Assembly (NCBI GenBank): GCA_002269645.1
Contig: NIVC01000969.1
Location: 114,621 to 178,620 of the forward strand
Origin: Macrostomum lignano
Taxonomy: Eukaryota
DNA: 64,000 nt
Reading direction: 5' to 3'
Shown here: positions 37,402 through 49,909 of the stretch, in pieces
Layout: the number at the start of each line of letters is the position of its first letter
How positions within the stretch are numbered: the stretch's first letter is position 1
Translations under genes and position numbers: made by a program
Notes under the pieces: generated by a model
Databases searched by the model: none
What the model was told of the DNA's origin: nothing
Seen by the model: the letters and a program-made list of their open reading frames with translations, nothing else

Positions 37402-38975
37402 CCTCATTAGCTAGGTAGAGAGGCGTATCTCATTAACTACAGGTAGAGGTGAGCCTCATTAACTACAGGTAGAGAGGTGAGCCTCATTAACTACAGGTAG
37501 AGGTGAGCCTCATTAACTACAGGTAGAGAGGTGAGCCTCATTAACTACAGGTAGAGGTGAGCCTCATTAACTACAGGTAGAGGTGAGCCTCATTAACTAC
37601 AGGTAGAGAGGTGAGCCTCATTAACTACAGGTAGAGGTGAGCCTCATTAACTACAGGTAGAGAGATGAGCCTCATGAACTACAGGTAGAAATGAGCCTCA
37701 TTAACTACAGGTAGAGATAAGCCTCATTAACTACAAGTCAAGGTGAGCCTCATTAACTACAGGTGGAGAGATGAGCCTCATTAACTACAGGTAGAGGTGA
37801 GCCTCATTAACTACAGGTGGAGAGATGAGCCTCATTAACTACAGGTAGAGGTGAGCCTCATTAACTACAGGTAGAGGTGAGCCTCATTAACTACAGGTAG
37901 AGAGGTGAGCCTCATTAACTACAGGTAGAGGTGAGCATCATTACCTACAGGTAAAGAGATGAGCCTCATTAACTACAAGTAAAGGTGAGCCTCATTAACT
38001 ACAGGTAGAGGTGAGCCTCATTAACTACAGGTAGAGGTGAGCCTCATTAACTACAGGTAGAGAGGTGAGCCTCATTAACTACAGGTAGAGGTGAGCCTCA
38101 TTAACTACAGGTGGAGAGATGAGCCTCATTAACTACAGGTAGAAATGAGCCTCATTAACTACAGGTAGAGGTGAGCCTCATTAACTACAGGTAGAAATGA
38201 GCCTCATTAACTACAGGTAGAGATAAGCCTCATTAACTACAAGTAAAGGTGAGCCTCATTAACTACAGGTGGAGAGATGAGCCTCATTAACTACAGGTAG
38301 AGGTGAGCCTCATTAACTACAGGTGGAGAGGTGAGCCTCATTAACTACAGGTGGAGAGGTGAGCCTCATTAACTACAGGTGGAGAGATGAGCCTCATTAA
38401 CTACAGGTAGAGGTGAGCCTCATTAACTACAGGTAGAGAGGTGAGCCTCATTAACTACAGGTAGAGGTGAGCCTCATTAACTACAGGTAGAGAGGTGAGC
38501 CTCATTAACTACAGGTAGAGGTGAGCCTCATTAACTACAGGTGGAGAGGTGAGCCTCATTAACTACAGGTGGAGAGGTGAGCCTCATTAACTACAGGTGG
38601 AGAGGTGACGCCTCATTAACTACAGGTAGAGAGGTGAGCCTCATTAACTACAGGTAGAGGTGAGCCTCATTAACTACAGGTGGAGAGATGAGCCTCATTA
38701 ACTACAGGTAGAGGTGAGCCTCATTAACTACAGGTAGAGAGGTGAGCCTCATTAACTACAGGTAGAGGTGAGCCTCATTAACTACAGGTAGAGAGGTGAG
38801 CCTCATTAACTACAGGTAGAGGTGAGCCTCATTAACTACAGGTGGAGAGGTGAGCCTCATTAACTACAGGTAGAGGTGAGCCTCATTAACTACAGGTAGA
38901 GGTGAGCCTTATTAACTACAAGTAAAGGTGAGCCTCATTAACTACAGGTAGAGGTGAGCCTCATTAACTACAGGT
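37402..38975. repeat. 26/28-bp minisatellite
   Basis: gaggtgagcctcattaactacaggta, with or without an extra ga. Confidence 0.97.
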
Positions 38976-38994
38976 AAGAGGTAGTCGTAAAGAG

Positions 38995-39625
38995 ATGATC
39001 GCCTCCTCAACCATTAGGTACTTGAAGAGGGTGGCCTCTTCAATCATCAGGTACATGTAGAGGGTGGCCTCTTCAATCATCAGGTACATGAAGAGGGTGG
39101 CCTCCTCAATCATCAGGTACATGAAGAGGGTGGCCTCTTCAATCATCAGGTACATGTAGAGGGTGGCCTCTTCAATCATCAGGTACATGTAGAGGGTGGC
39201 CTCTTCAATCATCAGGTACATGAAGAGGGTGGCCTCCTCAATCATCAGGTACATGTAGAGAGGGTGGCCTCCTCAAACATCAGGTACATGAAGAGGGTGG
39301 CCTCCTCAATCATCAGGTACATGAAGAGGGTGGCCTCCTCAATCATCAGGTACATGTAGAGGGTGGCCTCTTTAATCATCAGGTACATGAAGAGGGTGGC
39401 CTCCTCAATGATGAGGTTCATGAAGAGGGTGGCCTCCTCAATTATGAGGTTCATGAAGAGGGTGGCCTCCTCAATGATGAGGTTCATGAAGAGGGTGGCC
39501 TCCTCAATGATGAGGTTCATGAAGAGGGTGGCCTTCTCAATCATCAGGTACATGAAGAGGGTGGCCTCCTCAATGATGAGGTTCATGAAGAGGGTGGCCT
39601 TCTCAATCATCAGGTACATGTAGAG
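38995..39625. repeat. 33-bp minisatellite
   Basis: gagggtggcctcttcaatcatcaggtacatgaa. Confidence 0.95.
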
Positions 39626-40524
39626 AAGTGGCCCTCTGAATCACTTATTCAATGCGGGTGGCAAGGATGGTGGACACATTGACGCTAAGAGATGGAGATA
39701 AGATGTCTTAATTGCAGCTATATGAAGAGTCGGCAGAGCCCCAGAAAACCAATAAACCCTTTAATTAAAAGGATAAAACGTTTGCAGTTTAGCACAGCTA
39801 CTCGTTCAGTCTTAAGTTCAGGACTAAATTTGAAGATGAAACTACCCTAGCAAGCTGGTTTGCACAGTTGACACGAAAGGCATGAGACATCTTGTGACGA
39901 AAAAAGCCGACAATTGAGAGCTACACGGGTACAGACAATGGGCCTAGGGCTCAGATCCCATACTCAACACAAGGTATTCGTATTCACTGTTGCCAAAGCT
40001 TCTCAAGGGCCTATCTTGTTTAGCAGCTCTGGATTGTCTCATATTTGCATGCCATGAAGCATTCCAGAAATGGAGGACCCTCCATACATGAATTTGGCAT
40101 TATTTGCAGTCATTTCTGTTCCGGCTGTCAGCCGATTCGTCAAGTTGGCTGTGGCTGTATAGAAGAAGCTTAGAAGTAAACAGCTACTTGACAGCGGTAT
40201 GTACTGGTATCATTGTAATAGATAAAAATTTCCAGGTTTCCCAGCTTCCCCGAATCGGTCGAAAAAGGTTTTTGTCAGACGTTGGATGGTTTGAAACTTT
40301 TTGAATGTGTCAAATTGGCATATTTGAGTCCCGAGAGTATAAGTATGAATATACGAGTTTAATTAGGCTACGCTCGTAATCCATCAGACAAGACAAAGAT
40401 AAATAAACCGCGTTTGAAAGGCTGTTTGACTGAATCACTAACTGAGTTAGCTGAATCACTGAATCCAAATCTCTGAGGATGTGCGGCATGGCAGCAGCGT
40501 TCTCGTGCAAGCATCAGGATCTGG

Positions 40525-43500
40525 TTGTCAGGCTCCTCGTGTCAGTCTTTAGTATCAGGCTCTCGTGTCAGTCTTTAGTATCAGGCTCTCGTGTCAGTCT
40601 TTAGTATCGGGCTCTCGTGTCAGTCTTTAGTATCAGGCTCTCGTGTCAGTCTTTAGTATCGGGCTCTCGTGTCAGTCTTTAGTATCAGGCTCTCGTGTCA
40701 GTCTTTAGTATCTGGCTCTCGTGTCAGTCTTTAGTATCAGGCTCTCGTGTCAGTCTTTAGTATCTGGCTCTCGTGTCAGTCTTTAGTATCGGGCTTTCGT
40801 GTCAGTCTTTAGTATCAGGCTCTCGTGTCAGTCTTTAGTATCTGGCTCTCGTATTAGTCGTTAGTAACAGGCTCTCGTGTCAGTCTTTAGTATCAGGCTC
40901 TCGTGTCAGTCTTTAGTATCGGGCTCTCGTGTCATTCTTTAGTATCAGGCTCTCGTGTCAGTCTTTAGTATCAGGCTCTCGTGTCAGTCTTTAGTATCAG
41001 GCTCTCGTATTAGTCGTTAGTAACAGGCTCTCGTGTCATTCTTTAGTATCAGGCTCTCGTGTCAGTCTTTAGTATCAGGCTCTCGTGTCATTCTTTAGTA
41101 TCAGGCTCTCGTGTCAGTCTTTAGTATCAGGCTCTCGTGTCAGTCTTTAGTATCGGGCTCTCGTGTCAGTCTTTAGTATCAGGCTCTCGTGTCAGTCTTT
41201 AGTATCAGGCTCTCGTGTCAGTCTTTAGTATCAGGCTCTCGTGTCAGTCTTTAGTATCTGGCTCTCGTGTCAGTCTTTAGTATCAGGCTCTCGTGTCAGT
41301 CTTTAGTATCAGGCTCTCGTGTCAGTCTTTAGTATCTGGCTCTCGTGTCAGTCTTTAGTATCAGGCTCTCGTGTCAGTCTTTAGTATCAGGCTCTCGTGT
41401 CAGTCTTTAGTATCGGGCTTTCGTGTCAGTCTTTAGTATCAGGCTCTCGTGTCAGTCTTTAGTATCAGGCTCTCGTGTCAGTCTTTAGTATCGGGCTCTC
41501 GTGTCAGTCTTTAGTATCAGGCTCTCGTATTAGTCGTTAGTAACAGGCTCTCGTGTCATTCTTTAGTATCAGGCTCTCGTGTCAGTCTTTAGTATCAGGC
41601 TCTCGTGTCAGTCTTTAGTATCGGGCTTTCGTGTCAGTCTTTAGTATCAGGCTCTCGTGTCAGTCTTTAGTATCAGGCTCTCGTGTCAGTCTTTAGTATC
41701 GGGCTCTCGTGTCAGTCTTTAGTATCAGGCTCTCGTATTAGTCGTTAGTAACAGGCTCTCGTGTCATTCTTTAGTATCAGGCTCTCGTGTCAGTCTTTAG
41801 TATCAGGCTCTCGTGTCAGTCTTTAGTATCAGGCTCTCGTGTCAGTCTTTAGTATCAGGCTCTCGTGTCAGTCTTTAGTATCAGGCTCTCGTGTCAGTCT
41901 TTAGTATCAGGCTCTCGTGTCAGTCTTTAGTATCGGGCTCTCGTGTCAGTCTTTAGTATCGGGCTCTCGTGTCAGTCTTTAGTATCAGGCTCTCGTATTA
42001 GTCTTTAGTATCAGGCTCTCGTATTAGTCGTTAGTAACAGGCTCTCGTGTCATTCTTTAGTATCAGGCTCTCGTGTCAGTCTTTAGTATCAGGCTCTCGT
42101 GTCATTCTTTAGTATCAGGCTCTCGTGTCAGTCTTTAGTATCAGGCTCTCGTGTCAGTCTTTAGTATCAGGCTCTCGTGTCAGTCTTTAGTATCAGGCTC
42201 TCGTGTCAGTCTTTAGTATCTGGCTCTCGTGTCAGTCTTTAGTATCGGGCTTTCGTGTCAGTCTTTAGTATCAAACTCTCGTGTCAGTCTTTAGTATCTG
42301 GCTCTCGTGTCAGTCTTTAGTATCAGGCTCTCGTGTCAGTCTTTAGTATCAGGCTCTCGTGTCAGTCTTTAGTATCGGGCTTTCGTGTCAGTCTTTAGTA
42401 TCAGGCTCTCGTGTCAGTCTTTAGTATCAGGCTCTCGTGTCAGTCTTTAGTATCGGGCTCTCGTGTCAGTCTTTAGTATCAGGCTCTCGTATTAGTCGTT
42501 AGTAACAGGCTCTCGTGTCATTCTTTAGTATCAGGCTCTCGTGTCAGTCTTTAGTATCAGGCTCTCGTGTCAGTCTTTAGTATCGGGCTTTCGTGTCAGT
42601 CTTTAGTATCAGGCTCTCGTGTCAGTCTTTAGTATCAGGCTCTCGTGTCAGTCTTTAGTATCGGCTCTCGTGTCAGTCTTTAGTATCAGGCTCTCGTATT
42701 AGTCGTTAGTAACAGGCTCTCGTGTCATTCTTTAGTATCAGGCTCTCGTGTCAGTCTTTAGTATCAGGCTCTCGTGTCAGTCTTTAGTATCAGGCTCTCG
42801 TGTCAGTCTTTAGTATCAGGCTCTCGTGTCATTCTTTAGTATCAGGCTCTCGTGTCAGTCTTTAGTATCAGGCTCTCGTGTCAGTCTTTAGTATCAGGCT
42901 CTCGTGTCAGTCTTTAGTATCAGGCTCTCGTGTCAGTCTTTAGTATCTGGCTCTCGTGTCAGTCTTTAGTATCGGGCTTTCGTGTCAGTCTTTAGTATCA
43001 GGCTCTCGTGTCAGTCTTTAGTATCTGGCTCTCGTGTCAGTCTTTAGTATCAGGCTCTCGTGTCAGTCTTTAGTAACAGGCTCTCGTGTCATTCTTTAGT
43101 ATCAGGCTCTCGTGTCAGTCTTTAGTATCAGGCTCTCGTGTCATTCTTTAGTATCAGGCTCTCGTGTCAGTCTTTAGTATCAGGCTCTCGTGTCAGTCTT
43201 TAGTATCAGGCTCTCGTGTCAGTCTTTAGTATCAGGCTCTCGTGTCAGTCTTTAGTATCAGGCTCTCGTGTCAGTCTTTAGTATCAGGCTCTCGTGTCAG
43301 TCTTTAGTATCGGGCTTCGTGTCAGTCTTTAGTATCAGGCTCTCGTGTCAGTCTTTAGTATCAGGCTCTCGTGTCAGTCTTTAGTATCGGGCTCTCGTGT
43401 CAGTCTTTAGTATCAGGCTCTCGTATTAGTCGTTAGTAACAGGCTCTCGTGTCATTCTCTAGTATCAGGCTCTCGTGTCAGTCTTTAGTATCAGGCTCTC

Positions 43501-46500
43501 GTGTCATTCTTTAGTATCAGGCTCTCGTGTCAGTCTTTAGTATCAGGCTCTCGTGTCAGTCTTTAGTATCAGGCTCTCGTGTCAGTCTTTAGTATCAGGC
43601 TCTCGTGTCAGTCTTTAGTATCAGGCTCTCGTGTCAGTCTTTAGTATCAGGCTCTCGTGTCAGTCTTTAGTATCGGGCTCTCGTGTCAGTCTTTAGTATC
43701 GGGCTCTCGTGTCAGTCTTTAGTATCAGGCTCTCGTATTAGTCGTTAGTAACAGGCTCTCGTGTCATTCTTTAGTATCAGGCTCTCGTGTCAGTCTTTAG
43801 TATCAGGCTCTCGTGTCATTCTTTAGTATCAGGCTCTCGTGTCAGTCTTTAGTATCAGGCTCTCGTGTCAGTCTTTAGTATCAGGCTCTCGTGTCAGTCT
43901 TTAGTATCGGGCTTTCGTGTCAGTCTTTAGTATCTGGCTCTCGTGTCAGTCTTTAGTATCGGGCTTTCGTGTCAGTCTTTAGTATCAGGCTCTCGTGTCA
44001 GTCTTTAGTATCTGGCTCTCGTGTCAGTCTTTAGTATCAGGCTCTCGTGTCAGTCTTTAGTATCTGGCTCTCGTGTCAGTCTTTAGTATCGGGCTTTCGT
44101 GTCAGTCTTTAGTATCAGGCTCTCGTGTCAGTCTTTAGTATCAGGCTCTCGTGTCAGTCTTTAGTATCGGCTCTCGTGTCAGTCTTTAGTATCAGGCTCT
44201 CGTATTAGTCGTTAGTAACAGGCTCTCGTGTCATTCTTTAGTATCAGGCTCTCGTGTCAGTCTTTAGTATCAGGCTCTCGTGTCATTCTTTAGTATCAGG
44301 CTCTCGTGTCAGTCTTTAGTATCAGGCTCTCGTGTCATTCTTTAGTATCAGGCTCTCGTGTCAGTCTTTAGTATCAGGCTCTCGTGTCAGTCTTTAGTAT
44401 CAGGCTCTCGTATTAGTCGTTAGTAACAGGCTCTCGTGTCATTCTTTAGTATCAGGCTCTCGTGTCAGTCTTTAGTATCAGGCTCTCGTGTCATTCTTTA
44501 GTATCAGGCTCTCGTGTCAGTCTTTAGTATCAGGCTCTCGTGTCAGTCTTTAGTATCAGGCTCTCGTGTCAGTCTTTAGTATCAGGCTCTCGTGTCAGTC
44601 TTTAGTATCTGGCTCTCGTGTCAGTCTTTAGTATCGGGCTTTCGTGTCAGTCTTTAGTATCAGGCTCTCGTGTCATTCTTTAGTATCAGGCTCTCGTGTC
44701 AGTCTTTAGTATCAGGCTCTCGTGTCAGTCTTTAGTATCAGGCTCTCGTGTCAGTCTTTAGTATCAGGCTCTCGTGTCAGTCTTTAGTATCAGGCTCTCG
44801 TGTCAGTCTTTAGTATCAGGCTCTCGTGTCAGTCTTTAGTATCGGCTTTCGTGTCAGTCTTTAGTATCAGGCTCTCGTGTCAGTCTTTAGTATCAGGCTC
44901 TCGTGTCATCTTTAGTATCAGGCTCTCGTGTCAGTCTTTAGTATCAGGCTCTCGTGTCAGTCTTTAGTATCAGGCTCTCGTGTCAGTCTTTAGTATCAGG
45001 CTCTCGTGTCAGTCTTTAGTATCAGGCTCTCGTGTCAGTCTTTAGTATCAGGCTCTCGTGTCAGTCTTTAGTATCGGGCTCTCGTGTCAGTCTTTAGTAT
45101 CAGGCTCTCGTGTCAGTCTTTAGTATCGGGCTCTCGTGTCAGTCTTTAGTATCAGGGCTCTCGTGTCAGTCTTTAGTATCAGGCTCTCGTGTCAGTCTTT
45201 AGTATCAGGCTCTCGTGTCAGTCTTTAGTATCGGGCTCTCGTGTCAGTCTTTAGTATCGGCTCTCGTGTCAGTCTTTAGTATCGGGCTCTCGTGTCAGTC
45301 TTTAGTATCGGCTCTCGTGTCAGTCTTTAGTATCAGGCTCTCGTGTCAGTCTTTAGTATCAGGCTCTCGTGTCAGTCTTTAGTATCAGGCTCTCGTGTCA
45401 GTCTTTAGTATCAGGCTCTCGTGTCAGTCTTAGTATCAGGCTCTCGTGTCATTCTTGAGTATCAGGCTCTCGTGTCATTCTTTAGTATCGGGCTCTCGTG
45501 TCAGTCTTTAGTATCAGGCTCTCGTGTCAGTTTTTAGTATCAGGCTCTCGTGTCAGTCTTTAGTATCAGGCTCTCGTGTCATTCTTTAGTATCAGGCCTC
45601 GTGTCAGTCTTTAGTATCAGGCTCTCGTGTCAGTCTTTAGTATCAGGCTCTCGTGTCAGTCTTTAGTATCAGGCTCTCGTGTCAGTCTTTAGTATTGGGC
45701 TCTCGTGTCAGTCTTTAGTATCAGGCTCTCGTGTCATTCTTTAGTATCAGGCTCTCGTGTCAGTCTTTAGTATCAGGCTCTCGTGTCAGTCTTTAGTATC
45801 AGGCTCTCGTGTCAGTCTTTAGTATCAGGCTCTCGTGTCAGTCTTTAGTATCAGGCTCTCGTGTCAGTCTTTAGTATCAGGCTCTCGTGTCAGTCTTTAG
45901 TATCAGGCTCTCGTGTCAGTCTTTAGTATCAGGCTCTCGTGTCAGTCTTTAGTATCAGGCTTTCGTGTCAGTCTTTAGTATCAGGCTCTCGTGTCAGTCT
46001 TTAGTATCGGGCTCTCGTGTCAGTCTTTAGTATCAGGCTCTCGTATCAGTCTTTAGTATCAGGCTCTCGTGTCAGTCTTTAGTATCGGGCTCTCGTGTCA
46101 GTCTTTAGTATCAGGCTCTCGTGTCAGTCTTTAGTATCAGGCTCTCGTGTCAGTCTTTAGTATCAGGCTCTCGTGTCAGTCGTTAGTATCAGGCTCTCGT
46201 GTCAGTCTTTAGTATCGAGCTCTCGTGTCAGTCTTTAGCATCTGGCTCTCGTGTCAGTCTTTAGTATCTGGCTCTCGTGTCAGTCTTTAGTATCAGGCTC
46301 TCGTGTCAGTCTTTAGCATCTGGCTCTCGTGTCAGTCTTTAGTATCGGGCTCTCGTGTCAGTCTTTAGTATCAGGCTCTCGTGTCAGTCGTTAGTATCAG
46401 GCTCTCGTGTCAGTCTTTAGTATCAGGCTCTCGTGTCAGTCTTTAGTATCGGGCTCTCGTGTCAGTCTTTAGTATCAGGCTCTCGTGTCAGTCTTTAGTA

Positions 46501-48015
46501 TCAGGCTCTCGTGTCAGTCTTTAGTATCAGGCTCTCGTGTCAGTCTTTAGTATCAGGCTCTCGTATTAGTCGTTAGTATCAGGCTCTCGTGTCATTCTTT
46601 AGTATCAGGCTCTCGTGTCATTCTTTAGTATCAGGCTCTCGTGTCAGTCTTTAGTATCAGGCTCTTGTGTCAGTAGTTAGTATCAGGCTCTCGTGTCAGT
46701 CTTTAGTATCAGGCTCTCGTGTCATTCTTTAGTATCAGGCCTCGTGTCAGTCTTTAGTATCAGGCTCTCGTGTCAGTCTTTAGTATCAGGCTCTCGTGTC
46801 AGTCTTTAGTATCAGGCTCTCGTGTCAGTCTTTAGTATCAGGCTCTCGTGTCAGTCTTTAGTATCAGGCTCTTGTGTCAGTCTTTAGTATCAGGCTCTCG
46901 TGTCAGTCTTTAGTATTGGGCTCTCGTGTCAGTCTTTAGTATCAGGCTCTCGTGTCATTCTTTAGTATCAGGCTCTCGTGTCAGTCTTTAGTATCAGGCT
47001 CTCGTGTCAGTCTTTAGTATCAGGCTCTCGTGTCAGTCTTTAGTATCAGGCTCTCGTGTCATTCTTTAGTATCAGGCTCTCGTGTCAGTCTTTAGTATCA
47101 GGCTCTCGTGTCAGTTTTTAGTATCGGGCTCTCGTGTCAGTCTTTAGTATCAGGCTCTCGTGTCAGTCTTTAGTATCAGGCTCTCGTGTCAGTCTTTAGT
47201 ATCAGGCTCTCGTGTCAGTCGTTAGTATCAGGCTCTCGTGTCAGTCTTTAGTATCGGGCTCTCGTGTCAGTCTTTAGTAACAGGTTCTCGTGTCAGTCTT
47301 TAGTATCAGGCTCTCGTGTCAGTCTTTAGTATCGGGCTCTCGTGTCAGTCTTTAGTATCAGGCTCTCGTGTCAGTCTTTAGTATCGAGCTCTCGTGTCAG
47401 TCTTTAGTATCGGGCTCTCGTGTCAGTCTTTAGTAACAGGCTCTCGTGTCAGTCTTTAGTATCAGGCTCTCGTGTCAGTCTTTAGTATCAGGCTCTCGTG
47501 TCAGTCTTTAGTATCAGGCTCTCGTGTCAGTCTTTAGTATCAGGCTCTCGTGTCATTCTTTAGTATCAGGCTCTCGTGTCAGTCTTTAGTATCGGGTTCT
47601 CGTGTCAGTCTTTAGTATCAGGCTCTCGTGTCAGTCTTTAGTATCAGGCTCTCGTGTCAGTCTTTAGTATCAGGCTCTCGTGTCAGTCTTTAGTATCAGG
47701 CTCTCGTGTCAGTCTTTAGTATCAGGCTCTCGTGTCAGTCTTTAGTATCAGGCTCTCGTGTCAGTCTTTAGTATCGGGTTCTCGTGTCAGTCTTTAGTAT
47801 CGGGCTCTCGTGTCAGTCTTTAGTATCGGGCTCTCGTGTCAGTATTTAGTAACAGGCTCTCGTGTCAGTCTTTAGTATCAGGCTCTCGTGTCAGTCTTTA
47901 GTATCAGGCTCTCGTGTCAGTCTTTAGTATCAGGCTGTCGTGTCATGCTCTCGTGTCAGGCTCTTGTGTCAGACTCTCGTATCAGGATCTAGTGTCATGC
48001 TCTCGTGTCAGGCAC
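40525..48015. repeat. 26-bp satellite, about 7.4 kb (about 285 units)
   Basis: ggctctcgtgtcagtctttagtatca. Confidence 0.98.
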
Positions 48016-48437
48016 TTGTCCCTGGCCAATGCAACAACTGGCGCAATGATCTAGAAGACTAAACAAAAATACTGTCGTTGGATGCTTTGTACAACACTTC
48101 CATTACTCTGATGCTGAGATGCGAACTCTCGTTAACAGACTGACGTGAGAATACGAAGTACGAATGAGTAAGCTGAGTACGAATATTCGGGTTAATTAAG
48201 GTGCTGAGACGAAGCTGCGGGGGATTAGGGGCTGAAATGACAGTGTGTATAGACAGACGTCATCAAATGCAGATTTTGACATCGCAAAGGTTAAATTAAT
48301 TTCGTGTACTCACAAGACACGGATGTTTCTCTGCTTTCAAGGTAACAGCATGTATATGTCTAATTTATATTCGTATCTATCTATACAGGAGTATGCTCAG
48401 GTTCACCGAAATTCAGACATTTATCCCGATTGACAAA

Positions 48438-48600
48438 GTGGGTCGTAGCCTAGTAGTCTAGCGCGGAGCTCTTATGTACCAACGGCCCAAACTCGATTCC
48501 AAGTGCAGTCACATTTATTTGGATCTGCTCGCGCAATTACGAGCTAATGCCCTTGAAGACCAGTGAAGTGTACATGCCTATCGATAAATAAAGTTAGGCC
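48438..48600 (+). mobile_element. tRNA-derived SINE family 2
   Basis: Shares ctcgattccaagtgcagtcaca, ctgctcg.gcaatta and tgtacatgccta with 33996-34170. Confidence 0.7.
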
Positions 48601-49909
48601 GCTGTACACTTCTGTGTGAGTGTGTGCCTGTGCCTATTCCAGTTGACGGAGTCCTGAAAGACACTAACAAAATTGTAAATTCTCTTTAAGCTGAACTCTA
48701 AAAGTATCCCACACGATGTACTGATGGCCATCTAAAGCCATCGCTTTTTAATAAGAAATTCAGTAAACACATATTGCATGCAAAGCTTGTGAGCTAAAGT
48801 GCAGCTCCTCCTCTGAAGCATGCTTGAGCATTGCTCAGATGGGTTGTATTGAAAGGATTTCAACGTGGGTGGGGATTATAAAGCGAAACAGTGAGAATCG
48901 AAAGCCCCTATTTAGAGCACAGCTTCGGGTAAATCTCCAGCGCGTCAGTCGACTTTCTATTTGACACCCGAAAGGTGATGCCGAGCTGCCAGCCTTGAAT
49001 GCTGCGACAGCGAGCTGAGCACCGGGTCATTAATTTCTGCTTTTCAAACAAGGCATTTCTTGCATACCTGCCGCAGTCGAGCGGCTCATTATCCGCAGGA
49101 GGCTGGAACGCAGGAGATGGTGATCCAATTAATGAGAGTGACAATTAAGCAGAATTTCAGTTTTGCTGCATGAATAAGTTAATGACAGAATAAGCATGCA
49201 ACTAATGAATAAAATATGCAGTAATAGCATAACTAACAGGACTGCGGACATGAACGTCAAGCATTTTCTAGCTGGAAAATCTTTTTTTGATTCTATGAAG
49301 ATTAAAAAGTCTCGATTCTATTAGGCATTGCATCTGTGCAACATTTTGCAGCAAAGTCCGACATCTAAGCCAAGGCCTAGGGCAATAGCGGCACAAGTGC
49401 GCCCTTGGGCTCTAAGGAGCGTGACTCTGTCACACTTCGATCGAGCTAATATGAGCTCAGCGCAGTAAAGTATGAGAGACTACGACGGCAAGGCAAAGCA
49501 AAGCAAACACCAGATAATGCTCGACCCTCAACTGGTATCTGAGGGCCTTCAGAACACTTCGTTGAGCAACAGGCCTGTCCCATTTAGACTTGCCAACCAA
49601 TAGAATCTCAGCTGCGACTGCACCCAAGGCGCCATTGGTCCAGTCCGTGGGCCTCAGCTGTTTGGGAGTGTCGGGCACAACTGCAGCACCATGAGACCCT
49701 CCGCATCTCCCTCTCTCTCTCTCCTCTCCTCCTGTGTTGACAAATCGCAGAGGTAACGGCTGAGAGCGCGGCGAAGATATAGAGAGACACTTGCAAAGGC
49801 GAAAGGACGCAGAACTCTATCAACCAAGACTGGCATAGGATACACGCACTGTTTAAATACCGTTCGATACCAAATTGTCGCCATACAAAAGCAACCGTCG
49901 CCTCTAGCC

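Noticed and set aside
38964-39623. MYLMIEEATLF repeat ORFs
   Set aside because: Translation of the 33-bp tandem unit.
40525-48015. CRISPR-like appearance of 26-56 bp repeats here and elsewhere
   Set aside because: Units are head-to-tail with no unique spacers, no cas genes, eukaryotic context.
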